A stretch of 41,435 bases of DNA from Scenedesmus sp. PABB004 (taxonomy: Eukaryota), in assembly GCA_014905635.1 (NCBI GenBank), contig CM026548.1:1550001-1591435 (forward strand), given 5' to 3'. The notes below the pieces were generated by a model that worked only from the letters and a program-made list of their open reading frames with translations, searched no databases and was not told where the DNA came from. The position numbers and the translations under genes are program-made. This document shows, piece after piece, positions 23,501 through 34,300 of the stretch (its first letter is position 1; each line of letters begins with the position of its first letter).

Positions 23501-26500
23501 CTCGCCGACCGCCGGCGGCACCTGCAGCAGCTGCGCCTTCGGCAGCTGGGGCGCACTCGATGCCACGGAGAGCTGCACGCAGTGCGCTGTGCCTAACGTG
23601 ACGGGCGTCACGTTTGGGACGGTCGGCGCCGTCGCGCTCATCACCACCACGACCACCAGCTCAACGAGCACCGCCGACTGCACGCGCGGCGTGCTGGTGG
23701 GCGGCACGGGGCTGACCGTGCAGACCAACGCGGCAGCCACCGTGCAGGCGTGCGCGACTGCGTGCAACGCTCTCAACGCTGCCAACGGCACCTGCGCCTT
23801 CATCACGTACACGCTGTCGACTGCGGTCGACCCCGAGGCCGGTACGACCGGCATTGTCGCGTCAAGCTGCAAGCTGCACCTCGTCAGCAGCACCACCACC
23901 ATCACTACGAGTCCAACGTGCGTGGTGTGCTGTGTGCGCACGTGGACTGCCACACACGGCAGCGCTGTGCAGCCCCAGCCGCACCGGGGCCCTGCGCAAC
24001 TCGCTGCCCGCTGCCGCAGGTTCCGCGTCGCTTACAAGCTATCCGGCGGCAGCACCTACTCGTGGTGGCGCCACACTGCCATCGACGTGGCCAGCATCGG
24101 CGGCCGCGCGCTGTCCAACAGCACCAACACCGTGTCGGCGTGCCTGGCCGACTGCAGCGCCCGGACGGCATGCGCGGCGGTGCTTTTTGACCTTGGCGCA
24201 AGCTGGGCGGCGGCCTCAATCGTCACCTGCACTACCGTGACGGGGCAGTCTGCCACGGCCATCTCGCCGCTGCTGCAGCGCACGCTGGTTGCAGACCTGG
24301 CCGCGACCGCCAGCAACGTGACCAGCCCGCTGCCCGCGGCACCAGGTGCGTGCAGGCACCTACCTGCGCGCGTCTCAGATGGTCGGCCCAGGGCAGCTCC
24401 GTGTACACACACCGCTGGGAGCTCACGCCAACCCCGCCCCACCCTCGCGTGCTCGCAGCGGCCACCTGCCCTGTGGGGTCCTACGGCACCACCAGCTGCA
24501 CCAATTGCACAGCTCCCAGGACCACGCTCACCAACGGCACGACCACCGTCGACGGATGCGGTGAGACGCGCGTGCTGCGTGTGTTTATGCGGCGCCGCGC
24601 GGGCGCAGCCCTTGTGCTCTGCGTGACGACGAAGCCGCCCACCTGCCAGGCCTGACCGCGCCATCCTGCGCCGGCACGCCCCCGCAGTGTGCCCCGCAGG
24701 CACGGGCTCGCCGACCGTCGGCGGCACCTGCAGCAGCTGCGCCATCGGCAGCTGGGGCGCGCTCGACACCACGGAGAGCTGCACACAGTGCTCTGTGTCT
24801 AACGTGACGGGCGTCACGTTTGGGACGGTCGGCGCCGTCGCGCTCATCACCACCACGACCACCAGCTCAACGAGCACCGCCGACTGCACGCGCGGCGTGC
24901 TGGTGGGCGGCACAGGGCTGACCGTGCAGACGAATGCGGCCTCCACCGTGCAGGCGTGCGCGACTGCGTGCGACGCGCTCAACACTTCCAACGGCACCTG
25001 CGCCTTCATCACGTACACGCTGTCGACTGCGGTCGACCCCGAGGCCGGCACGACCGGCATTGTCGGATCAAGCTGCAAGCTGCACGTCGTCAGTGGCAGC
25101 ACCACCGCCCTATCCACGTGCGTTGGCGTGCTGTGTGCGCACGCGGGACTGCCACACACGGCAGCGCTGTGCAGCCCCATACCGGGGCCCTGCTCAATTC
25201 GCTGCCCGTTGCTGCAGGTTCCGCGTCGCTTACAAGCTATCCGGCGGCAGCACCTACTCGTGGTGGCGCCACACTGCCATCGACGTGGCCAGCATCGGCG
25301 GCCGCGCGCTGTCCACCAGCACCAACACCGTGTCGGCGTGTCTGGCCGACTGCAGCACCCAGACAGCATGCTCGGCAGTGCTGTTTGACCTTGGCGCAAA
25401 CTGGACGGCGGCCTCAATCGTCACCTGCACTACCGTGACGGGGCAGTCTGCCACGACCATCTTGCCGCTGCTGCAGCGCACGCTGGTCGAGAACGTGGCG
25501 GCGACGTCGACCGCGGACAACCCCATCCCAGGTGCGCTGCGCGGGGCTTCCCGCGTGGGGCTGCCGCTTGGGCTGTCGCTGTGGGGCGCGGTCGCCACCG
25601 CATGTTTGCTGACCCGCCTGCTTGCACGCGCGCAGCGCCGATCTGTCCCATCGGCTACTACGGCACCACCAACTGCACTGCCTGCCCGAGCGGCAAGACG
25701 ACAGTCAGCACCGGGTCGACAACCGTCGCGAGCTGCGGTGCGCGTGCCTCGAGCGCGCGCGTGCTGGCGGCTGCGCGCGATGCTGCTGCCACAGGGCTGC
25801 CCGCGGCCACCCGCCCCAACCCTGCCCCTCGCCGCTGCGCCTTGCAGTTTGCAACATCGGCTCGTATGGCACCGCCGGTGCCACCGGCACGTGCACTGCC
25901 TGCCCTGCGGCCACCACCATAACTACGACGACCTACTCGGCAGCGTCGCTGGTCGTCACGCCGGTGGGCGCCACCCTCAGCACCGACTGCAGCCGCGGCC
26001 AGCTGAACACTCCGCCGAGCCTGTATGTGATCACCGACAGGAAGACAAACGTCATCAATAAGGTCGGAGAGTGCATCGACGCCTGCGGCGCGACTCCCAA
26101 CTGCCACTTTGTGACATACACCACGAATACAGCCAACGGGCAGGCCATTGAGGTTCCCGGCTCTACCAGCGTGACCACCTGCCTTGTCACAACCCTGAAC
26201 AGCACTCTAGCGGCCAGCGGGTGATCTGCGCGGGAGCGCGTGCCTGCACGCCCTGCTCCCTGCACGCACTGGGCGCGCGCGCAGAGGGCGCCGCAGCTGC
26301 CCGCGCTGCGATGTGCTGCACGACAAGCACCGCTGCCCCCCCCCCCAACCAACCACCCACATGCGCAGGTACCGCGTGGCGTACAAGCGCGTCACGCCCG
26401 TAGGCGGCTACTCATGGTGGAAGCACATTGCCAGCACCGCCGCGGCCAGCATCGGCGGTGTGCAGCTGGCCTGGCCGGGCGGCATCCCCGCGACGCGGAC

Positions 26501-26696
26501 TGTGAGCAGCTGCCTGACCACCTGTGACTCGGTCTTTGGGTGCGCCGCTGTGCTCTTCAACCTGGGAACGGAGGCTGGCCTGTCGACCAGTACGGCTGTG
26601 GTCGATTGCACGCTGGTGGCTGGCGTGGTCGGCACGACCACCCGCACGGCGACGCTGTATCGCGACGCCCAGGCCAGCATCACCTCAGCGCTGTGA
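20507..26696 (+). CDS. Secreted Cys-rich repeat protein, paralog 5, with a triplicated C-terminal PAN-pair module (multi-exon)
   Basis: MGYRTAPRLLLALALMAAAA signal peptide; GRALLQ-CPDGC; VNAPGYSY...CPADTYSTG; CPLRSYCPG; VIPPGY...; three copies of the [CxxC exon + CxxACx6-8C..ITY + RVAYK...YSWW...CLxxC...CxAVLF] module; TGA ends at 26696. Confidence 0.85.
23481..25490 (+). repeat. Internal tandem duplication in paralog 5 (about 23481-24290 versus about 24687-25490)
   Basis: Near-identical DNA including the intron, offset about 1200. A third, diverged module lies at about 25847-26696. Confidence 0.92.
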
Positions 26697-26824
26697 GGGT
26701 GCGCGCCGCGGCACTGGTCTGCGCAGTCTCCAGATCGGTCGGCAGCACCAACATCGCGTGGGTTCTGTGCACATGCGCATGTGGAACTCAACCCTTGTCC
26801 AGGCCCCGCCCCTTGTGCGGGCCG

Positions 26825-26829
26825 TGTAA
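26825..26829 (+). terminator. Putative TGTAA polyadenylation signal of paralog 5
   Basis: TGTAA 129 nt after the stop codon. Confidence 0.6.
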
Positions 26830-26945
26830 CCTGCAACTGGCCCTGCCCCCCCCCCCCCGCCGCCGCGCCGCCCTGTTCCGTGTGCCTGCGCGATCACCGC
26901 AGATGCATCGCCAGCACCGATGCCCCGCTTGCCCGCTGCCGCAGC

Positions 26946-27520
26946 TCATGCGTTGCCTGCGCCGCGCGGCTCACGCGTCGCCCACGCCGCGCGCAGCAGC
27001 GCAGCCGCTGCCGCGCCGGCGAGTGCCTTGTGCGCCGCGGACGGGTCCTGGGCGCTCACCTGCGCCGGGCAGGCGTCCAGGGCCGGCACCAGGGCGCTGC
27101 CGGCGGCGCCGCTCGCGCCGGGCGCTGCGGTCGCAGCGAGCACCGCCGTTGCCGCCGCGTCGTCGGCCGCCGCCTCCAGCAGCGCGAGCAGCGCCTCCAA
27201 GCACTTGACACGCAGCTGCGTGGCGGGCAGCGGCGGCGCCCGCAGGGTGGGTGCTGCCCAGCTGCCGTGCCGCAGGCCAGGGCTGGGTGCACCAAGTGCA
27301 GCCGCAACAGCCGCCGGGTGGCCGGAGACCGCGAGAGCTCGCGCGCGCGGGCGCGCGCTGCCGCCCCGCCCACGCCCACACCTGCGACACGGTGCTGTGC
27401 TGCAGCACGTGGGCGAGGCTGTGCTGCACGGTGCTGTGCTGCACGGTGCTGTGCTGCACGGTGCAGCGCAGCACGTGGGCGAGGCCCGCCCGCCAGCGGC
27501 ACGCGCGCGCTCGGCGCGCC
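26946..27520 (-). pseudogene. Duplicated 3' fragment of ECM29 (last exon, last intron, end of penultimate exon)
   Basis: 27001-~27520 matches 31407-~31865 (LEALLALLEAAADDAAATA...HKALAGAAAAAL). It has an altered C-terminus, an internal insertion, and no upstream exons. Confidence 0.85.
27391..27485. repeat. 15-bp tandem expansion (GTGCTGTGCTGCACG) within the ECM29 fragment
   Basis: About three copies plus a duplicated gcagcacgtgggcgaggc; present only once at about 31800-31830. Confidence 0.85.
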
Positions 27521-27604
27521 ACCCGCCGCGCCTCTTCCCATGCCGCCATGCGCTGCTGCGCCTGCGCCGCGGCAGAGCGAGCGAGTGTCGCCGGCATAGA
27601 TATC

Positions 27605-27609
27605 TTACA
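27605..27609 (-). terminator. Possible TGTAA poly(A) signal of the AP2-domain gene
   Basis: TTACA in an AT-rich patch about 1.07 kb downstream of the stop at 28682. Confidence 0.35.
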
Positions 27610-28681
27610 CATATGGTCGCTGTACGCCACGTTTTTCATTGTCAAGTGCCACACTGCTCTGATCAAGGGACGCGAGGTCAAGGGTCAGGATCAAATGTTC
27701 TCAACATTGACCAATAAGCGCAGCACCAGTGCGCAAGAGTCGCGGAGAGCAATCAGTGAGCCTGCTGGCCAGGCGGCGGCCCCTCCTACCAGGCAGCGTG
27801 CCAGAACAGGTGGCCAGCACAGGTACGCGGCTGCACCGCAGCCGCGTACCTGGTGCTGGTGCTGTGGGCGGCACCAGGCCACCAGCCGCGCCAGTGCACA
27901 ACAACAACACCACCCACCGCGCAATGCTCGCTGCTCAGTCGGCGTCAAGTGAGATCATCAGGGCCGCAGGCCTTTGAACGGGGTCGCTGATCAGCGATGC
28001 AGCCTGCCATTGGGTGCAGGCTGGCTGGGACTGCGCGCCCACGTGCTGCGCTGGCGCGGTCCGCGCACAGTCCTCATTGCAGCAATGCTTGGGCAGCAGC
28101 CAGATCACGCTGCGGCATCAAAATCAAGATCAAACGCACCAGAGAAAGTCTGGCAGACGCAGCACCAGCACGCTCGTGACGGAGAGCGTCAGTGGCAAGG
28201 GCTCACCCTCCAGACAGCCGCCGCCAGCGCTGCCAGGCGGCCCAGGCGCAGCCGCGCGCCTTCACAACCCGGCACCGCAGCGCGCCTGGCTGCGGTGCAG
28301 GGCGGCGGCTTGCCGTACGGCACTCAACCAGCGAAAAAGTGTGTGCGCGACGGGATCTTCGGGGCAGTGCGCCTTCACCGAGCCTCGAGTGAAGTGCCCT
28401 CACGCACAGGCCTGCGCGACAGCGAGCCATGCATGTCGGCGGCCGCGCGCGCGCCGTGTTCATTGACGGCGCGTGCGCTGTGTTCATTGATGTGCGCCGA
28501 GTCCAGACTGCAGACACCGACCCCTTTCCGCCAGCCGTCAGCAAGTGCGCGACGAGACCAGCTCACACAACCACACAACCACACCAGTGTTCGACACGAC
28601 CAGCGCTCACCACGAGGCAGCAAAGGTGAACAGTGCAGCAGAAGACAGAGGCGTTGCGCCAAGGCCCAGGGGCGCGCACAT

Positions 28682-30761
28682 TTATGCCCAGCCGATGAGC
28701 TGCGTCGCGAGATGCAGGACCATGTCGTCCGCGGGGCTGGCGCTGCTCTTGCCCAGCAGCCCCACCAGCCAGGGGCGCACGTGGGTGACATACGCCAGCG
28801 CCGGGCCGGCCCCCTGCGGCGCCGCGGCGCCCGGCTGCGCGCCGAGGATGTCGGCCAGGTCCTTGAGCGCGCACAGCAGCCGCTCCAGCACCGCCAGCAC
28901 CTCGCCGCGCTCCGCCAGCACGCCGCCGCCGTCGGCCTGGTCGCTGAGCAGCACCAGCAGGCGGCTCATCATGTGCAGCACGCCCTGGCCCGCGGCGGTG
29001 CGGCCCGCGGCGGTGTGCCTGAAGCGGCCCTGCCACGCGACCAGCTCCACAAGCGCGCAGGGCGCGTCGAGGCAGGCGGTGAGCATGACGTTGAGGCGCA
29101 GCAGGCAGTACATGCCCAGCCGCGCAAAGCGCAGCGCGTCGCCGCACGTCGCTAGGCCCGCCAGCGTCGCCGCTGCGCCGGCGCTGTCGGCGCTGGCGGG
29201 CGCGCTCATCGCCGCCGTGGCCGCCGCCGCGCCGTCAACGCTGCAGCTGGCGGGGTGCTGGCCCGTCAGGTCGCTGCTGCTCTGGCGCTCCAGCAGCGGC
29301 TGCGCGCCCGCCTGCGCGCCCGCCGGCGCGCCCGCCGGCGTGCCCGCCTGCGCGCCCGCCGCCTGCACCGCCTGCTGCCACGGCTCGGGCTCGCCGAGCA
29401 GGAGAGCCAGCAGCTCAGCGTCCGACGCGCCGGCCAGGCCTGCGTCGGGGGCCGGCTGGGGCGGCGGCGGCACACGCCAGCCCGCACCCAGCTGCGCGTT
29501 TGCTGTGCCGGTGCTGAGGTCGCTGCTCAGACGGCTCGCGAGCCCGAGCTCGGCGCCGTCGCAGGGAATGGGCGTGCCCAGCAGGCCGTGGCTGACGCCG
29601 GCCAGGCCGGCCGTGCTGAGCTGCTGCTGGTGCTGCTGCTGGCGGTGCTGCTGCTGCTGCAGCTGCAGCTGCGCAGCCGCTGGCAGCGCCAGCCCCGCGC
29701 TCGCCGCCTGCGGCAGCCAGGGGTTGGCCGCCATGCGGTCCACAAGGCCCTGAAACGTCACCGCGGCGCCTCGGCTGTAAACGTCGCCCAGCGCCGCGTC
29801 GCTGCCGCCGCCGTCCAGGCCCGTGAGCAGCGACGCCTCCGGCGCCGCAAGCGAGCCGCACGCGTGGCCGCTCGCGAGCGGCGGCAGCTGGCCGGGCTGC
29901 GGCCGCGCGGCCTGGGCTGCAAAGCCGGCGCTCTGCGCTGCCGCGTGCCGGGGCCCGGCCCCGTGCTGCGCCCTGGCGCCCCTGTCGCCGCCGCCGCCGG
30001 CGCTGGCGTTGGTGCTGCCGCTGTGTGCGCCCGCCTCCTCGTCCGCCGCCGTCGGCCAGGCGATGGACGTCATGCCCGCCAGCCCCGCACCGCTGCCGCC
30101 GGCCGCCGGGCCGCCGTCGCCGAGGCGCTTGGAGGCCTTGAGCGCGGCGGCCGCCGCCGCGCCAGCCTGCTGCTGGCGCTGGCCGCCGACCCCGCCCTGC
30201 TGGCGCAGCAGCTGCTGCATCTTGTGCAGAAACTTGTGCACCAGCAGCAGCGCGCCGGGGTCGGTCAGCATGAACTGGCCTGCGCCGCGGCGGGCGGGGA
30301 CCGCGGTGTGGCGTCAGCGCGGCGGCGGCCTGCGCCCGCTGACGCCTGCGCGCGCGCGCGGGCCCCCGCCGTCTACGCGCCCGCCCGCCGCGCGCCTGGC
30401 GGGTAGTTGGTTCGCGCGCTGGGCTTGATGCGCGTTGCCGCCACGTCGTAGGTCAGGCGCGCCAGGAACAGGTCGTCCAGCCTGCAGGCGGCGGGAGCGG
30501 CGGTGAGTGGCGGCAAGCCCTTGCCGCCGCGGCTGCGCGGCTGCGCGGCTGCGCCGGCCCGCACCTGCCGACGTAGCGCTCCTTGCCCAAGACGCACACG
30601 CGCACTTTGTACACGCGCTTGTTGAGCTTGGAGTTGAACTCGGCGGTGATGCCGATGCCCGGGCTGCTCCCGCCGCAGCTGGGCGCCATCGCCGCGTCGC
30701 TGCCCTCGCCCTCCGAGCCGCCCCCATCCCGCAGCGCATCCTCAGCCGCCCCGTACTCCAT
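28682..30761 (-). CDS. Divergent AP2/ERF-domain protein, putative transcription factor (3 exons: 30761-30565, 30481-30396, 30280-28682)
   Basis: Spliced translation GITAEFNSKLNKRVYKVRVCVLGKERYVGRLDDLFLARLTYDVAATRIKPSARTNYP resembles the AP2 pattern (Y/W)LGxFxxxxxAAxAYDxAA...TNFP. It is followed by Gln/Ala-rich low complexity and a Leu-rich helical C-terminus. Confidence 0.65.
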
Positions 30762-31003
30762 GAACGGGGTCCGGCGCGATGCCGCACGGCCAGTGCAAGT
30801 ACGCGCCGCGCGCGCGGGGGCCGGGCGCGCGCCGAGGCCGCAGGGTCAACCGGCGTGCCGCTAGGGATCGGCGGTGTGGCGGCGGGGGCGGCGGAGCGAC
30901 GCGTGGACGTGGTGGGAGCATGAACCCGCGAGTGACTCCGGTGAACACGAACCCGGTCGGCGGTGGCCGGGCGCGCGGGCTGCACGCGCCCACCTGAAGC
31001 GTC
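30604..31003. repeat. 400-bp inverted repeat, internal arm
   Basis: Reverse complement of 40821-41220, ungapped (paired coordinates sum to 71824). Confidence 0.95.
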
Positions 31004-31369
31004 TCAGAGGCCAAATCAGGCCAGTTCGCGCGGCTCAGCTGCCGCCGATGGGCATCGCGCAGCAATGTCACTAGCTTTGTCCTCGGTGACGAAGGCTTGC
31101 CCCCGCGCCCTGCAGCGCCGCGCGCGCTCGTCTGACGAGCCACGCCGCATCCAAGCGCGGCGTTGCGTCCGACGCGCCCAGCGGCGCGGCTTGAGAGAGG
31201 GCAGCGAGAGAGGGCGGCCCATGGGGGCAGTCGGCGGCGGCCGGCGATGACGGCGCTCGAAAGCCAACTGTTCACGCGCCCCCTGCTCGACCCGATGCCC
31301 CACGCACCAGCGCCCCTGCTCGCTGCTGGCCCGCCGCGCCGCGCCACGCCGCGCCACGCCGCGCCGCGC

Positions 31370-34300
31370 TCACGCGCCGGCCGCGCCGCGCGCTGCGCGC
31401 CTGAGAGCAGCCGCTGCCGCGCCGGCGAGTGCCTTGTGCGCCGCCGACGGGTCCTGGGCGCTCACCTGCGCCAGGCAGGCGTCCAGGGCCGGCACCAGGG
31501 CGCTGCCGGCGGCGCCGCTCGCGCCGGGCGCTGCGGCCGCAGCGAGCGCCGCCGTTGCCGCCGCGTCGTCGGCCGCCGCCTCCAGCAGCGCGAGCAGCGC
31601 CTCCAAGCACTTGACACGCAGCTGCGTGGCGGGCAGCGGCGGCGCCCGCAGGGTGGGTGCGGCCCAGCTGCCGTGCCGCCGGCCAGGGCCGGGTGCACCA
31701 AGCGCAGCCGCAACAACAGCCGCCGGGTGGCCGGAGACCGCGAGAGCGCGCGCGCGCGGGCGCGCGCCGCCGCCCCGCCCACGCCCACACCTGCGACACG
31801 GTGCTGTGCTGCAGCACGTGGGCGAGGCCGCCCGCCAGCGGCACGCACGCGCTCGGGGCCACGCCGCCGCCCGCGGCGCTCGTGCGGATGAGCGCCGCGG
31901 CGAGGCCCACGCCCGCGAGCCAAGAGGCCCACGGCAGCCCGGGCGCAGCCAGCAGGCCAGACAGCGGCTCGACGACGAGCGGGGCAGCGCCCCCGCGCTG
32001 GGCTGGTGGCAGCAGCCCCCATGCTGACGTCAAGGCGCTGCGCGTTGGCGGTGCAGCGAGCGAGGGTGGTGAGCGGTCCGTTTGCTCACAGCGCACCCGA
32101 AAGCAGCCAGCACGTGCGCGTGATTGCCTGCGGCGCACCTGCAGCTCTCCGCCAGCGGCAGGGGCTTGGGCAGGTCATCCGGCGCCGCCTCGGTGCTGCT
32201 GCCGGTTGCGCTGGTCGCCGCGTCAGGGGGCTTGGAAGCCGCTGCCAGCTGCTGCTGCAGGGCCTCCAGCAGCGGGGGCGCGACCACGCCCCAAACCGCA
32301 CCCCCGTCGATGGCCTGCTGGGCCGGCGCCCCAGCCGGCGCCGGCCTGCAGAGCGGCGCGAGCGCGTCCAGAACCGTCTGCAACCCCACCAGCGCAGCTG
32401 CACGGAAGGCAGTCTTCTTCTTAGCAGCACACGCCAGCAGCCCGCCCAGCAGCTCACGCATGCCCGTGTCCGCGGCCAGGCTGGCACTGCAGCTGCTGCC
32501 CAGCGCCGCCAGCGCGGCCAGCAGCGACTCCTTGCCCTCCCACAGCCGGCCGCCGCTGACCTCCGACAGCAGCAGCCCCGCGAGAGCAGGGGCATACGGC
32601 GACAGCTGCGGGCCGGCCACGCCTGCGAGCTCCACCAGCGCCTGCGCGTGCCGGTGCGCAGCCAATTGAGCTGACCACACGCAAACGCAGCCCCGGGGCG
32701 CACGCTGAACCTCAACCACTGCAGCTCCTGCGGCGCGGCGCCCACCTGCGCGGCGGCCTTCTTGGCGCCCCATGAGCTGCTGCTGACTCCCCCAGCGATC
32801 AGGGCCGCCACCTCGCCAGCGTGCAGCCGCAGCGCCGCCGGCTCGCTGGGGCAGCCCTGGGAAGGGGCAAGTGTGAGGGCCAACACTCGCAGCCGTGGCG
32901 CTCGCGTCGGCGGCTGCAGCTCCGCCCACGGCCCAGCGTCGCACCTGGGTCCATACTGCCGCCCAGGCCGACGCCACGGCGGGCGCCTCGTCGTGCGACG
33001 CCAAGAACGCGACCGGCAGCACCTGAGCGCACAAGGGCACGCGGGTGAGGCCGCGCGCTGCTCGCAGCGGTGCGCCGACATGCGCCGACGCGCCGCGCGG
33101 CGCAGACCTGCGGCGCGTAGGACGCAAAGCCGTCGCTGCTCTCCCGCAGCAGCTCCCGCAGCAGCAGCCCGCCCGCCTGGCGCTCCCGCTCGTCGCGCGA
33201 GCCCAGCTCCTCCGCGGGCGGGCCTCGCGCCTCGACCACGGCCGTGCCGGGCGGCCCCGGGTGCGGCGGCATGGCCAGCGCCGCAGCGCCGTAGCTGGCC
33301 AGCGCCCCGGCGACAAACGCGTCGCGCCGCTTGTCGCTGCTGCACCGCACCGCCAGCGCAGCGGCAGCCGCCGCGTAGCTGCGCTTGACCGCCGCGCTCG
33401 ACTCGCCTGCCACGCCCGCCACCAGGGGCTTGAGCAGCTGCGGGGCTGAAGGGCGGGCGGGCCAAGGGAGCGGGCGGCGGTTGGGCGGCGCAGTGCGCTG
33501 CGCTGCGCTGCGAGTGCTTGGCAGGACTGCGCCTGACCGTCTGCTGCGCACGCGCGCGCCCCACCCGCCGGGCGCAGCTCTTGGCCCAGGCGTGACGCCA
33601 TGTTGCGGATGAAGGCGGCGGTGCCGACCTTGGTGGACAGGCCCACGCCTGCGGCGGCAGCCGGGTGGCAGCCGGGGGCGCGTGACCGCCGTGTGCCTTG
33701 CGCCTGTTGGACCACCCCCCTGCCCTCGAGGCCTCACCGCGCCGCACCAACCCCGCCAGCCCTGGCGCCAGCTCGACGCCTGCAGGGCCGTTGAGCGCAC
33801 GCCCAGCGGCGTCCAGCGCCTGCGGCAGTATTGGCAGCGCTGAGTGAGGGGGGCTGACGAGGCGCGCTGCAGCAGCGGTGCTGGTGCGTCGGCATGCCGC
33901 CGCAGCGCAGAGTGCACGAGCCAGCGTTCACTCAGCGCGCACCTCCGTGAGGCTGCTCGCGCGAGCCGCTGCCAGGCGCGCCGCGGCCAGCTCATCTGCG
34001 TCCAGCCCAATGGCACCGGCGTGCTGAGGGCGCACGCGGCGGCAGCAGGCAGGCGGCGGCGGCACTGCTGAGTGGGCGCGGCGGCGGCCAGCGTGGCGGC
34101 CTGCTGCTTGCTGGGCCCTCGGGGCCAGCACGCAGCACACGCCCACCTGCTCCACGTAGTTGAGCCGCGCGTCCTCCAGCCCGCTGAGCGATTCCAGCAG
34201 CACAGGCACTACCACGGGCAGCACCGGCAGGATCTGGGCTGCGCCGGCGCTCTTCAGCGCGCCGACGACCACGTCCGCGGCGACGCCGCGCACCTCTGCC

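Noticed and set aside
1..26696. Naming the cluster genes as mastigoneme protein MST1 or as receptor kinases
   Set aside because: Only generic Cys-rich repeats are shared. No kinase domain, transmembrane helix or genuine exonic poly-proline tail is seen; the poly-Pro stretches in the ORF track are intronic C runs.
26946..27520. ECM29 fragment as a retrocopy or an independent small gene
   Set aside because: It retains the intron, lacks a poly(A) tail and a real ATG (the listed ORF starts at TTG), and has an insertion in the exon remnant.
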